Assembly: GCA_043731805.1 (NCBI GenBank)
Contig: JAYTIO010000685.1
Location: 1-35,047, forward strand
Direction: 5' to 3'
DNA: 35,047 bases
Source of the DNA: Pedosphaera sp.
GTDB lineage: Bacteria; Verrucomicrobiota; Verrucomicrobiia; Limisphaerales; SXTU01
The position numbers were made by a program, and so were the translations under genes. The first letter of the stretch is position 1. Each line of letters opens with the position of its first letter. Below the pieces are notes generated by a model. That model had not been told where the DNA came from. It did no database searches and saw only the letters and a program-made list of their open reading frames with translations. Below are positions 16,369 through 23,529 of the stretch, in pieces.

Positions 16369-17151
16369 TCAATCGCTTCCTCCCGCGCCGGGCGCGGGTG
16401 TTGTCGGTTTCGTTTCAACCGGGACATCGGCAGGCGGCGGCGGAACTTGAGCAGTAATTTCCCGGGGCGGCAGCGTCAACGCCAGCGCGTGCAAAGTGTA
16501 TTGTGCGAAGCGCCGGGGCGTGTGCAGCACGGCCTGCGAATCCGCCAACGGGCCGGCCATCTTCAACTCACTCAAGTAGTAGCGCCGCGCCGAGTTCACC
16601 ACCGCCGGGTTGCCCGCGTCGAACACCGCCTCCGCCGCCCACAAGATGCGTGGCGCCGCGCCGGGCTTGGCCGGGCACTCGACCAGTTTGAAACTCCAGC
16701 CCACCGCCAGCGGCGGATAAGCTCGATACTCCGTGAGCCGGCTGAAGAGCACCGCGTCGCAGCCGAGCCGCCCCCGCAACCGCTGGAGCAACGCCGGCGG
16801 CAGCTGCTCCTCCGCCGTCCACTGCGCGCGGCCCGTGGCGTGCGTGAGCTCGTCCGCACTCACCACCACGATTTCAAAGTTGCCCGCGCGCACCAACTCC
16901 GCGACCAGCACGGCCTGCATCGTCTCCGTCCCCGCCTCCGCCTGCGCGCCGCGCGCCGCGGCCACCAACGGCAACACGGCCACGCGCCGGATTTTCTCCG
17001 GCAGCCCGGTGGGCAACTGATGGAAGTTCGCCGGCTGGTAGTCCGGCCCCTTGATGTGTTCGCCGCGGACCAGCGCCACCGATTCGCAACCGGCGAGCAA
17101 ACCGACCGCGGCGAATCCCCCGACCACGCGCAAGAATTTAAGGCTGTTCAT
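16369..17151 (-). CDS. Lipoprotein of unknown function (DUF799/LpoB-like pattern)
   Basis: 260 aa. Lipobox GLLAGC. The pattern RRVAVLPLVAA...VLVAELVRAGNFEIVVV...GCDAVLFSRLTEYRAY resembles small periplasmic lipoproteins of the DUF799/LpoB type. Pro-rich tail. Confidence 0.7.
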   Translation of the reverse strand: MNSLKFLRVVGGFAAVGLLAGCESVALVRGEHIKGPDYQPANFHQLPTGLPEKIRRVAVLPLVAAARGAQAEAGTETMQAVLVAELVRAGNFEIVVVSADELTHATGRAQWTAEEQLPPALLQRLRGRLGCDAVLFSRLTEYRAYPPLAVGWSFKLVECPAKPGAAPRILWAAEAVFDAGNPAVVNSARRYYLSELKMAGPLADSQAVLHTPRRFAQYTLHALALTLPPREITAQVPPPPADVPVETKPTTPAPGAGGSD

Positions 17152-17791
17152 GTAATTGAGTCAGAAAATCCTCCAGCCGGCGCAGCCACGGGGCAAGGCT
17201 GCGCTCGAAGAGGTCCGAGAGCAGCATCGCGGCCGGCTGGGCTTCCGCCTCCGGCTGAAGGAGAATCAATTCCACATGGCCGGTGATGCGGCCCAGCTCC
17301 TCCAAGTGCGCCTCCAGCGTGTGACCGCCGATGGCCAACTCCGCCAGCCGCGCGCCCCAGAGGTCGCGCAGCATCCCGATCCGTGCGAGCGGCTCACGGA
17401 TGGCGGACCGCCACTGGAGCCAGACCCGCCGGTTTTGCAGCGGCTCGTTGATCAGCACGGTGAGCACGGCGCGCTCGACGGCCCAGCGCAATTCGCGCAC
17501 CTGCGCGCGTGTTTCCTCGGCGAGCCGGCGGCTCAGTTCCGTGAGGGAAATGGACTCGGCCTCCACGCGCTGAAACGGGTTGCCGCCCTTCAGCCCGAGG
17601 ACGAATTCCGCCGGCGTGCCATCCACCCAGACGCCGGATAACACGCGCTGGCGGCTGGCCGCGAGCGTTTCCAGCTCGGTGAAAATGGCGGGCAACGTGC
17701 CGTCCGTCCGCGCCGGCAACGCCACCGGCTGGCCATCCAGCCAGACCGAAGGCAGGGACACATGAGCAGGTTTCCAGACGTTGACCGACAT
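17138..17791 (-). CDS. Hypothetical protein, 217 aa, no recognisable motif
   Basis: Starts with an ATG. 14-nt overlap with the lipoprotein gene. Codon usage resembles its neighbours. It is the first gene behind a sigma-28-type promoter. Confidence 0.65.
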   Translation of the reverse strand: MSVNVWKPAHVSLPSVWLDGQPVALPARTDGTLPAIFTELETLAASRQRVLSGVWVDGTPAEFVLGLKGGNPFQRVEAESISLTELSRRLAEETRAQVRELRWAVERAVLTVLINEPLQNRRVWLQWRSAIREPLARIGMLRDLWGARLAELAIGGHTLEAHLEELGRITGHVELILLQPEAEAQPAAMLLSDLFERSLAPWLRRLEDFLTQLHEQP

Positions 17792-17798
17792 AGGTTAG

Positions 17799-17825
17799 CT
17801 ATCGGCAGGAGTGAGCAAAGATTGA
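17799..17825 (-). promoter_or_regulatory. Sigma-28 (FliA)-type promoter for unknown-lipoprotein-flgM-fliS-fliT-like operon
   Basis: The minus strand reads TCAATCTT-tgctcactcct-GCCGATAG. The -10 element ends only 7 nt before the ATG at 17791. Confidence 0.5.
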
Positions 17826-17928
17826 GCCGGAAGCCGAGGGAGAGGGATGAGAAGCACTGGCCGGCGGGGTGAAACCACCGTCCGCCGCCAGGCTGCGGCG
17901 CACCAACTTCGAGCCTTTCCCCTTCGCC

Positions 17929-19626
17929 TCACCCGAGCTTCTGGAGAAACTGCATCTGCTGAGTGTTCTTCGCCTGTGCCTTCTCCATCGCCAGGAAGCT
18001 GGTGATGAGCGCCGCGCGGTTCGACTGCACCAACCGCTCTAGGTCGGCCACCTGCGTGTCCATGTCCGTGGCTTGCTTGGTGAGCGTGTTCTGCCGCTTC
18101 AGGAGCGAGCCTTCGTCCCCCACGGTGCCGGTGAGATAGGTGCCGAACTGCCCCGCCAGACCGGCTGCCGCGTTCGTGAACAACTCCTTCACGGCCGGCA
18201 GTTTGTCCGCCAGCGCGGTGTCCAGCGTGGTGCTGTCCGCGAGCGTGATCTGGTTGTTGTCTGCCGTGGTGGTGATGCCCAGGTCGGCCAGCTTCGTGAG
18301 CGTCGTGGTCAGGCCCGTGACCGGCGTCGTGGCCAGCCGCCGCAGCCGGTTGGAAAGTTCATTGGCAGCCGGCTGCCCCGCCAGCACGCCGGCCGTCACC
18401 TTGCCCTTCGAATCCGTCGTGCTGGCGGTGGTGGTGTCGAGGAACGACTGCACCTGGTTGTAAGCGGCGATGAAGCCGGTCACGGCGCTTTTGATGCTCG
18501 CCGTGTCGCTCTTCACCGCCACGTCCACGCTGCCGACCGCCAACGCCGCGACCGTCAAGCCCGTGAGCCCGGAGCTGGCGCTGCTGATCGTGTTCGAGCT
18601 GCTCACCAACGTGCCGCCGCCGTTGATGGTGTATTCGAGGTTGCCGCCGCGCGCCAGCGTGCCGGTCGTCAGCTTGCTGGCGGCGAGGAAATTGCCGGTC
18701 ACGTCCTCCAGCGCCACGCCGAGATCGCCCGTCGTCCGGTTCGTGAGCAGGAACCGGTCGTTGACACTATCGTAAGTGGCGGTCACGCCCGCCGCCGAGT
18801 TGTTGATGCGCGCGAGCACGTTGCCCACCGTGTCGGTCGCGGCGTTGAAGGCGATGGTGACGCCGTTGACCTTGAACTCCCCCGTGCCGCTTCCTCCGTC
18901 GGTGACGGCGGTGCCAAAGTTGGCGGCGGCGAGGGTGGTGGATTGCTTGACGGTGCCCAGCGCGTGACTACTGGCGACGGTGCCGGTGCCGTTGTTATGC
19001 AACTTGAAGGCGGTGAGGAAATTACTCGTGTCCACCGCGCTGCCCAGCGTGATGGCGCTGCCACTGGTGAGGGATAGCTGGTCGGTGCCCGGATCATAAG
19101 TGCCCGTCACGGCCCCGCTGGTCGCGGTGCTGATGGCCTCGAGGACCGTCTGCAAACTGTCGCTGGTGACCACGGTGACTTGCTTGCCGTTCACCGTGAA
19201 CGTGCCGGCGGTGACGGGGGTGGCGAGCGCCGCGCTGCTCAGGGTCAGGCCGGATACATTGCTGGTGCCGTTCAAGGCGGCCCCAGCATCGGCCGCGCCC
19301 TGCTGCGCGCTGGTTGTGGCGAGCTGGCTGATCGCCACGGTGTATTTCGCCAGCGCGGTGCCGGCCTCTGCGGTGGCGGTGGCCACGGTGGCGTCGCTGG
19401 AGCTGGCCGCGCGCTGGTCAAAGAGCGCCGTCGCATGGATCGCGTCCGCCTTGGTCTGGAGCGCGGTGAGGTAGTTTTTGGCCGTCCCAAACGCGGCGTT
19501 GACGGTGTTGAGCTTGGTCTGCTGCTGGTGCAACAACGTCTGCGGCGCGCGCTCGACGTCGGAGAGCTTGTCCACCAACGAGCGCCAGTCGAAGCCCGAA
19601 GCGAGGCCGGAAATTCCAAGGTCCAT
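17929..19626 (-). CDS. fliD: Flagellar filament cap protein FliD
   Basis: 565 aa. N-terminal ISGLASGFDWRSLVDKL..ERAPQTLLHQQQTKL. C-terminal ...LTKQATDMDTQVADLERLVQSNRAALITSFLAMEKA. Confidence 0.93.
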   Translation of the reverse strand: MDLGISGLASGFDWRSLVDKLSDVERAPQTLLHQQQTKLNTVNAAFGTAKNYLTALQTKADAIHATALFDQRAASSSDATVATATAEAGTALAKYTVAISQLATTSAQQGAADAGAALNGTSNVSGLTLSSAALATPVTAGTFTVNGKQVTVVTSDSLQTVLEAISTATSGAVTGTYDPGTDQLSLTSGSAITLGSAVDTSNFLTAFKLHNNGTGTVASSHALGTVKQSTTLAAANFGTAVTDGGSGTGEFKVNGVTIAFNAATDTVGNVLARINNSAAGVTATYDSVNDRFLLTNRTTGDLGVALEDVTGNFLAASKLTTGTLARGGNLEYTINGGGTLVSSSNTISSASSGLTGLTVAALAVGSVDVAVKSDTASIKSAVTGFIAAYNQVQSFLDTTTASTTDSKGKVTAGVLAGQPAANELSNRLRRLATTPVTGLTTTLTKLADLGITTTADNNQITLADSTTLDTALADKLPAVKELFTNAAAGLAGQFGTYLTGTVGDEGSLLKRQNTLTKQATDMDTQVADLERLVQSNRAALITSFLAMEKAQAKNTQQMQFLQKLG

Positions 19627-19688
19627 GAGATGATCGGGGTTGGGTTAGGTGCCGCGCGGACCCGCGCTAGGTGCAGAACGCGCGAACG

Positions 19689-19716
19689 CCCGCCCGGCGC
19701 TTGCACGCCGGACGGG
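19689..19716 (-). terminator. Hairpin downstream of fliC (weak terminator candidate)
   Basis: cccgcccggcg / cttgca / cgccggacggg forms an 11-bp stem with one mismatch, 32 nt after the fliC stop. No U-tract follows, so read-through into fliD is plausible. Confidence 0.3.
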
Positions 19717-19747
19717 GTTCGATTCGCGGACTCCGGCCCGGGGGGCC

Positions 19748-20548
19748 TTACTGGAGGAGTCGCAGGGCTGACTGCGGGTGGGCATTGGCTTGCGAGAGCA
19801 TCGAGGTGCCGGCCTGGACCAAGATGTTGTAGCGGGCGAACGCGGTGCTTTCCTCGGCCACGTCCACATCCTTGAGCCGGCTGTTCGAGGCGGTCAGGTT
19901 GTCGCGCAGCACTGCGAGCTGGTCGCTGGTGTAACCGAGGCGCGCATTGGCCGCTCCCGCCGTGGCGCGGTCGGTGGCCAGTTGCGTGATGGCAGCCTTG
20001 ACCGAGGTCAGGGCCGAAGCTGCGGAGGTCGCCGTGGCGACGCTCGCGCCGGTGGCCCCCGTGTAGGCCGCTCCGCTGAGGTTGAGCCCCGTGAGCGAGA
20101 ACGTCGCCGTGTCATCAATCGTGACCGAGAGCGCCGAGCTGGTGAACAGGCTGACCCCGTTGAAGTCCTTTGTCGCCGTGGCGGTGATGAAGGAGCCGAG
20201 CGTGCTGAACTCGCTGTTATACAGCGTGCGGTCCGAGTCGGTCTTCGTCACGTCCTGGGCGAGGATGGACAGTTCGCTCATCCGGTCCAGCGCGGTCTGC
20301 ACTTTCTGCATGAACCCGTCGCGCGTCTGGTTGAACGAGATGGCGTTACCCACGTTCGACTTCGTGGCGTTGGTCCGGTTGATCTGCGCGTCGAAGCGCA
20401 TCGACACCGCCAATCCAGCGGCGTCGTCCTCAGGGTTGATGATCTTGGAGCCTGAGGACAGGCGGGCCAAGGACTTCTCCAGCATGCTGGAGGACTGTGA
20501 GAGCAAGCGCGCGCTGCTCAGGGCCGATACATTAGTGTTGATGACCAT
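19748..20548 (-). CDS. fliC: Flagellin (short, about 266 aa)
   Basis: MVINTNVSALSSARLLSQSS..LEKSLARLSSGSKIINPEDDAAGLAVSMRF... at the N-terminus and ...YNILVQAGTSMLSQANAHPQSALRLLQ at the C-terminus. The track ORF is extended 18 codons upstream. The ATG at 20548 is preceded by GGAAGGAG. Confidence 0.95.
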   Translation of the reverse strand: MVINTNVSALSSARLLSQSSSMLEKSLARLSSGSKIINPEDDAAGLAVSMRFDAQINRTNATKSNVGNAISFNQTRDGFMQKVQTALDRMSELSILAQDVTKTDSDRTLYNSEFSTLGSFITATATKDFNGVSLFTSSALSVTIDDTATFSLTGLNLSGAAYTGATGASVATATSAASALTSVKAAITQLATDRATAGAANARLGYTSDQLAVLRDNLTASNSRLKDVDVAEESTAFARYNILVQAGTSMLSQANAHPQSALRLLQ

Positions 20549-20689
20549 AACTAGACTCCTTCCATGAGTCACCCCTTGCGGGGTTCTTTTGTTCTGCGGC
20601 ATCCGTGCCGCTGATGACTATTTTAGGGCGTCACCGTTTTCCCGTCGGCTCTTTGCGGCTGCCGACCGCCGTGTCTTGCGACACCCAAG

Positions 20690-20716
20690 GTATCGGCGGG
20701 AATCCGTGGGACTTTA
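20690..20716 (-). promoter_or_regulatory. Sigma-28 (FliA) promoter for fliC
   Basis: The minus strand reads TAAAGTCC-cacggattccc-GCCGATAC, i.e. TAAA-N15-GCCGATA. It lies about 140 nt upstream of the fliC ATG. Confidence 0.7.
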
Positions 20717-21009
20717 GCGCCCTTTACACGAGGCCGACCGGCCAGGCGCCCTTCGCAGGTTGTAAGCGGCGGTCGAAAACTGAGCCCCCTTCCGGCGTGG
20801 AGGGAACGGTTTTGGGTGGGTGTCACGGGAGAGATTGAGGTTTTTTTTGGCAAAAAAGTAGTAACCGCTCGGGATTTGTTTATCGGGGTGCGAGCACAAC
20901 CGGACAGTGCTGTGCGAGCAAAAGCGGACTTATCCACACCTCGTCGTCTGGGGGGTGCCCTTCAGCTCGCAGCGCTCATTTTTGACGCTGCAGAGGTGGG
21001 CAGAGGAGG

Positions 21010-21085
21010 TGGGGTGGCCGACGGGATTCGAACCCGCAACAACAGGCTCCACAAGCCTGGACTCTACCATTGAGCTACGACCACC
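21010..21085 (-). tRNA. tRNA-His (anticodon GTG) with encoded G-1 and CCA
   Basis: The minus strand reads G-GTGGTCG-TA-GCTC-AATGGTA-GAGT-C-CAGGC-TTGTGGA-GCCTG-TTGTT-GCGGG-TTCGAAT-CCCGT-CGGCCAC-C-CCA. The cloverleaf folds by hand. The extra 5' G pairs with C73, which is the tRNA-His hallmark. Confidence 0.93.
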
Positions 21086-21233
21086 AGTCGCGCGTGCGGG
21101 AAGCTAGGGATTCACCTCGGGCGGGTCAAGTGCCTGCTCTGGGCGAGCCAGCCGGGCTTCAACGGCGACCGGCGGGTAGCAGGACAACTTCCGCGTTGAG
21201 CGGCCCCGCGCGCTGCGTCAGGCTGCCACCACC

Positions 21234-22337
21234 ATGCGCACTGCCAAAGCCGCCGTCCTCGAAGCCTTCAACGCGCCGCTCCGGCTGCACACCTACGAGG
21301 TGCCCGCGCAGGTCGAGCCGGGCGCGGTGCTGGTGCGCACGGAGATGGCCGGCATCTGCGGCACGGACGTGCATCTGTGGCAGGGCCAGTTGCCCATCAA
21401 GCTGCCCGTCATTCTCGGCCACGAGACGGTCGGTCACATTGCGGAGTTGGGCGAAGGCGTGGCGAAAGATTGGTCCGGCCAGCCGTTGGCCGTCGGCGAC
21501 CGCGTGACGTGGAACTCCGCCGTGTCCTGCGGCCAGTGTTACTACTGCGCGGTGAAGAAACAGCCGACGCGGTGCGCGCAACGGCGGGCTTACGGCATCG
21601 GCTACCCGTGCGATTGCGCGCCGCACTTCCTCGGCGGCTACGCGGAGTTCCACTACCTGCGCCCGCGCACGACGATTTTCAAATTGCCTGACGACCTGCC
21701 CACCGAGTCGGTCGTCGGCGCGGGCTGCGCGCTCATCACGGCAATTCACGGCGTCGAGCGCACCGGCATCGCGTGGCAGGACAACGTAGTGGTGCAGGGT
21801 GCGGGGCCGGTGGGCATCGCGGCGCTGGCCGTGGCGAAGAGCGCGGGCGCGGGCCAGGTCATCGTCATCGGCGCGCCGAAACACCGGCTGGACATGGCGC
21901 TGCGCTTCGGGGCCGACGCGGTGATTGACCTCGACGCATTTCCCGAGCCAGCGGGCCGCCTCGCTAGGGTGCGCGAGCTGACCGGTGGCTACGGCGCGGA
22001 CGTGGTGCTGGAATGCGTGGGCCACCCGAGCGCGGTGGTCGAGGGCCTGGAGCTATGCCGCGACGGCGGGAAGTATCTCGTCCTCGGCCATTACTGCGAC
22101 GCGGGCACGGTGGCCTTCAACCCGCACGTCATCACACGCAAGCAGCTTTCGGTATTCGGCTCGTGGTCCAGCGAGCCACGGCACTTGCAGGCGGCGATTG
22201 AGTTTCTCCGGCGGCATCAACGGGAGTTTCCCTTCCACGCGATGGTCACGCACCGCTTCAGCATTGAGCAGGCGGACGAGGCGTTGCGCACCACGGCGCA
22301 GTGGCAGTCGGCCAAGAGCGTCATCGTGCCAGGCTGA
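21234..22337 (+). CDS. Zinc-dependent medium-chain alcohol/polyol dehydrogenase family protein
   Basis: 367 aa. GICGTDVHLWQG and GHETVGHI zinc-ligand motifs, structural-zinc Cys cluster (CGQCYYC..C), and Rossmann GAGPVG. Confidence 0.9.
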   Translation: MRTAKAAVLEAFNAPLRLHTYEVPAQVEPGAVLVRTEMAGICGTDVHLWQGQLPIKLPVILGHETVGHIAELGEGVAKDWSGQPLAVGDRVTWNSAVSCGQCYYCAVKKQPTRCAQRRAYGIGYPCDCAPHFLGGYAEFHYLRPRTTIFKLPDDLPTESVVGAGCALITAIHGVERTGIAWQDNVVVQGAGPVGIAALAVAKSAGAGQVIVIGAPKHRLDMALRFGADAVIDLDAFPEPAGRLARVRELTGGYGADVVLECVGHPSAVVEGLELCRDGGKYLVLGHYCDAGTVAFNPHVITRKQLSVFGSWSSEPRHLQAAIEFLRRHQREFPFHAMVTHRFSIEQADEALRTTAQWQSAKSVIVPG

Positions 22338-22574
22338 CGGAGCGCGCCGGCTGCCCTGGCGCGCGGCCGGTCCCCGTCCGCAGCAGCCACGCCGGGAGTG
22401 AATGGTTTGGGATTTCCCATATCTCCATGCAAGCGCAGCCGCGCTCCAGCGTCCGAGCGGGGTTACGCGCGCTGTCCCAAGCCTGGAATTTTCCCTCGCT
22501 TTGGCAAAAAGCCCGCTGCTATTTTTGTGCATCCGCGTCCGGTCAGTTCCGTGCGCCAACGACAACACAACGCA

Positions 22575-23276
22575 ATGAAAGCCCTCACCACCGCCGCCCT
22601 CGCGCTCGGCCTTCTGGCCACCACCGCGACCGCTGCCGACACCAAAATGACCCTGAAAGACGACAAGGACAAAGTCAGCTACAGCATCGGCCTCAACATC
22701 GGCCGCAGCATGAAAACCGAAGGGCTGCCTATCAACCCCGACGCTCTCGCCGCCGCGATGAAGGACGTGTTCGCCGGCGCGAAACCGCAGCTCACGGATG
22801 AGGAAGTCCAGACCGTCATGCAGAACTTCCAGAAGGAAATGCAGGCCAAGCAAACCGCCGCCCGCGAAGAAGGCCTCGGCAAGAACAAGGCCGAAGGCGA
22901 GAAGTTTCTGGCCGACAACAAGAAGAAGGAAGGCGTCAAAACCACGGCCAGCGGCCTGCAATACAAGGTCATCAAGGACGGCACCGGCAAGACCCCGAAG
23001 GCCACCGACACCGTGAAGACTCACTACCGCGGCACGCTCCTCAGCGGCACGGAGTTCGACAGCTCCTACAAGCGCAACGAGCCGGCGGAGTTCCCCGTCA
23101 ACGGCGTCATCAAGGGCTGGACCGAGGCGCTCCTGCTCATGAAGGAAGGCGCGAAGTGGCAACTCTTCATCCCCTCTGAGCTGGCCTACGGCGAGCGCGG
23201 CGCGGGCAAGGACATCGGCCCGAACTCGACGCTCATCTTCGACATCGAGCTGCTCTCGGTGAAAGCCGGGCAGTAA
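22575..23276 (+). CDS. FKBP-type peptidyl-prolyl cis-trans isomerase (Mip/FkpA-like, secreted)
   Basis: Signal peptide MKALTTAALALGLLATTATA. N-terminal dimerisation helix region. C-terminal FKBP domain (YRGTLLSGTEFDSSY...VNGVIKGWTEAL..MKEGAKWQLFIPSELAYGERG...LIFDIELL). The track ORF is extended 59 codons upstream. Confidence 0.93.
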   Translation: MKALTTAALALGLLATTATAADTKMTLKDDKDKVSYSIGLNIGRSMKTEGLPINPDALAAAMKDVFAGAKPQLTDEEVQTVMQNFQKEMQAKQTAAREEGLGKNKAEGEKFLADNKKKEGVKTTASGLQYKVIKDGTGKTPKATDTVKTHYRGTLLSGTEFDSSYKRNEPAEFPVNGVIKGWTEALLLMKEGAKWQLFIPSELAYGERGAGKDIGPNSTLIFDIELLSVKAGQ

Positions 23277-23297
23277 GCCGTAACCGAACTTTTGCGA

Positions 23298-23330
23298 AAG
23301 CCGCGTCCGGCAACGGACGCGGCTTTTCTT
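23298..23330 (+). terminator. Rho-independent terminator after the FKBP gene
   Basis: aagccgcgtccg-gcaa-cggacgcggctt forms a 12-bp perfect stem with a GCAA loop. It is followed by ttctt. Confidence 0.8.
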
Positions 23331-23501
23331 GCCGCGAAAGGGCACAAAGAGCGCAGAAAAACTGCGTTGGTTGTCCGTTTCTCCTGCTGACTATCGCCAC
23401 TCTGGCGGTGAAACTGACACTTGGCGGCTTGCCACTCGCAGTGTCTGTCTTTGTGCTCTCTGCGCCCTTTCGCGGCTAAACCAACTGCGGGTTCCCAGTT
23501 G
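23331..23501. repeat. Palindromic intergenic repeat element, family 1, copy A
   Basis: Left arm GCCGCGAAAGGGCACAAAGAGCGCA (23331-23355). Right arm CTTTGTGCTCTCTGCGCCCTTTCGCGGC (23449-23476) is its imperfect reverse complement. A hairpin caactg...cagttg follows (23482-23501). The left arm is identical over 25 nt to copy B at 28275. Confidence 0.85.
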
Positions 23502-23529
23502 AATCACCTTCGCGTCTGGCCAGTCCGGT

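Noticed and set aside
19627-19747. Promoter for fliD: GGCAC-ctaac-CCAA and CCCGATCA near the fliD start
   Set aside because: The sigma-54-like site lacks the invariant -12 GC. The sigma-28-like -10 has no acceptable -35 at N11 or N15. fliD is more simply explained by read-through from fliC past a weak hairpin.
20596-20611. Sigma-54-like site CGGCACGGATGCCGCA (GG-N10-GC spacing correct) about 50 nt upstream of fliC
   Set aside because: The TT of the -12 TTGC element is replaced by CC, and the T before GG is a C. GGCAC and GC pairs arise easily in 65% GC DNA. It might be a second flagellin promoter, but the evidence is too weak to annotate.
20880-20887. TTATCGGG (minus strand CCCGATAA), a sigma-28 -10-like octamer about 330 nt upstream of fliC
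   Set aside because: The sequence at the -35 position (TGTCCGGT) does not resemble TAAAGTTT or TCAAG. A much better site exists at 20690-20716.
20939-21009. Terminator for tRNA-His (gcagcg-ctcatttttga-cgctgc)
   Set aside because: The stem is only 6 bp with an 11-nt loop. On the tRNA strand no U-tract follows the stem, and the T-run is in the loop on the opposite strand.
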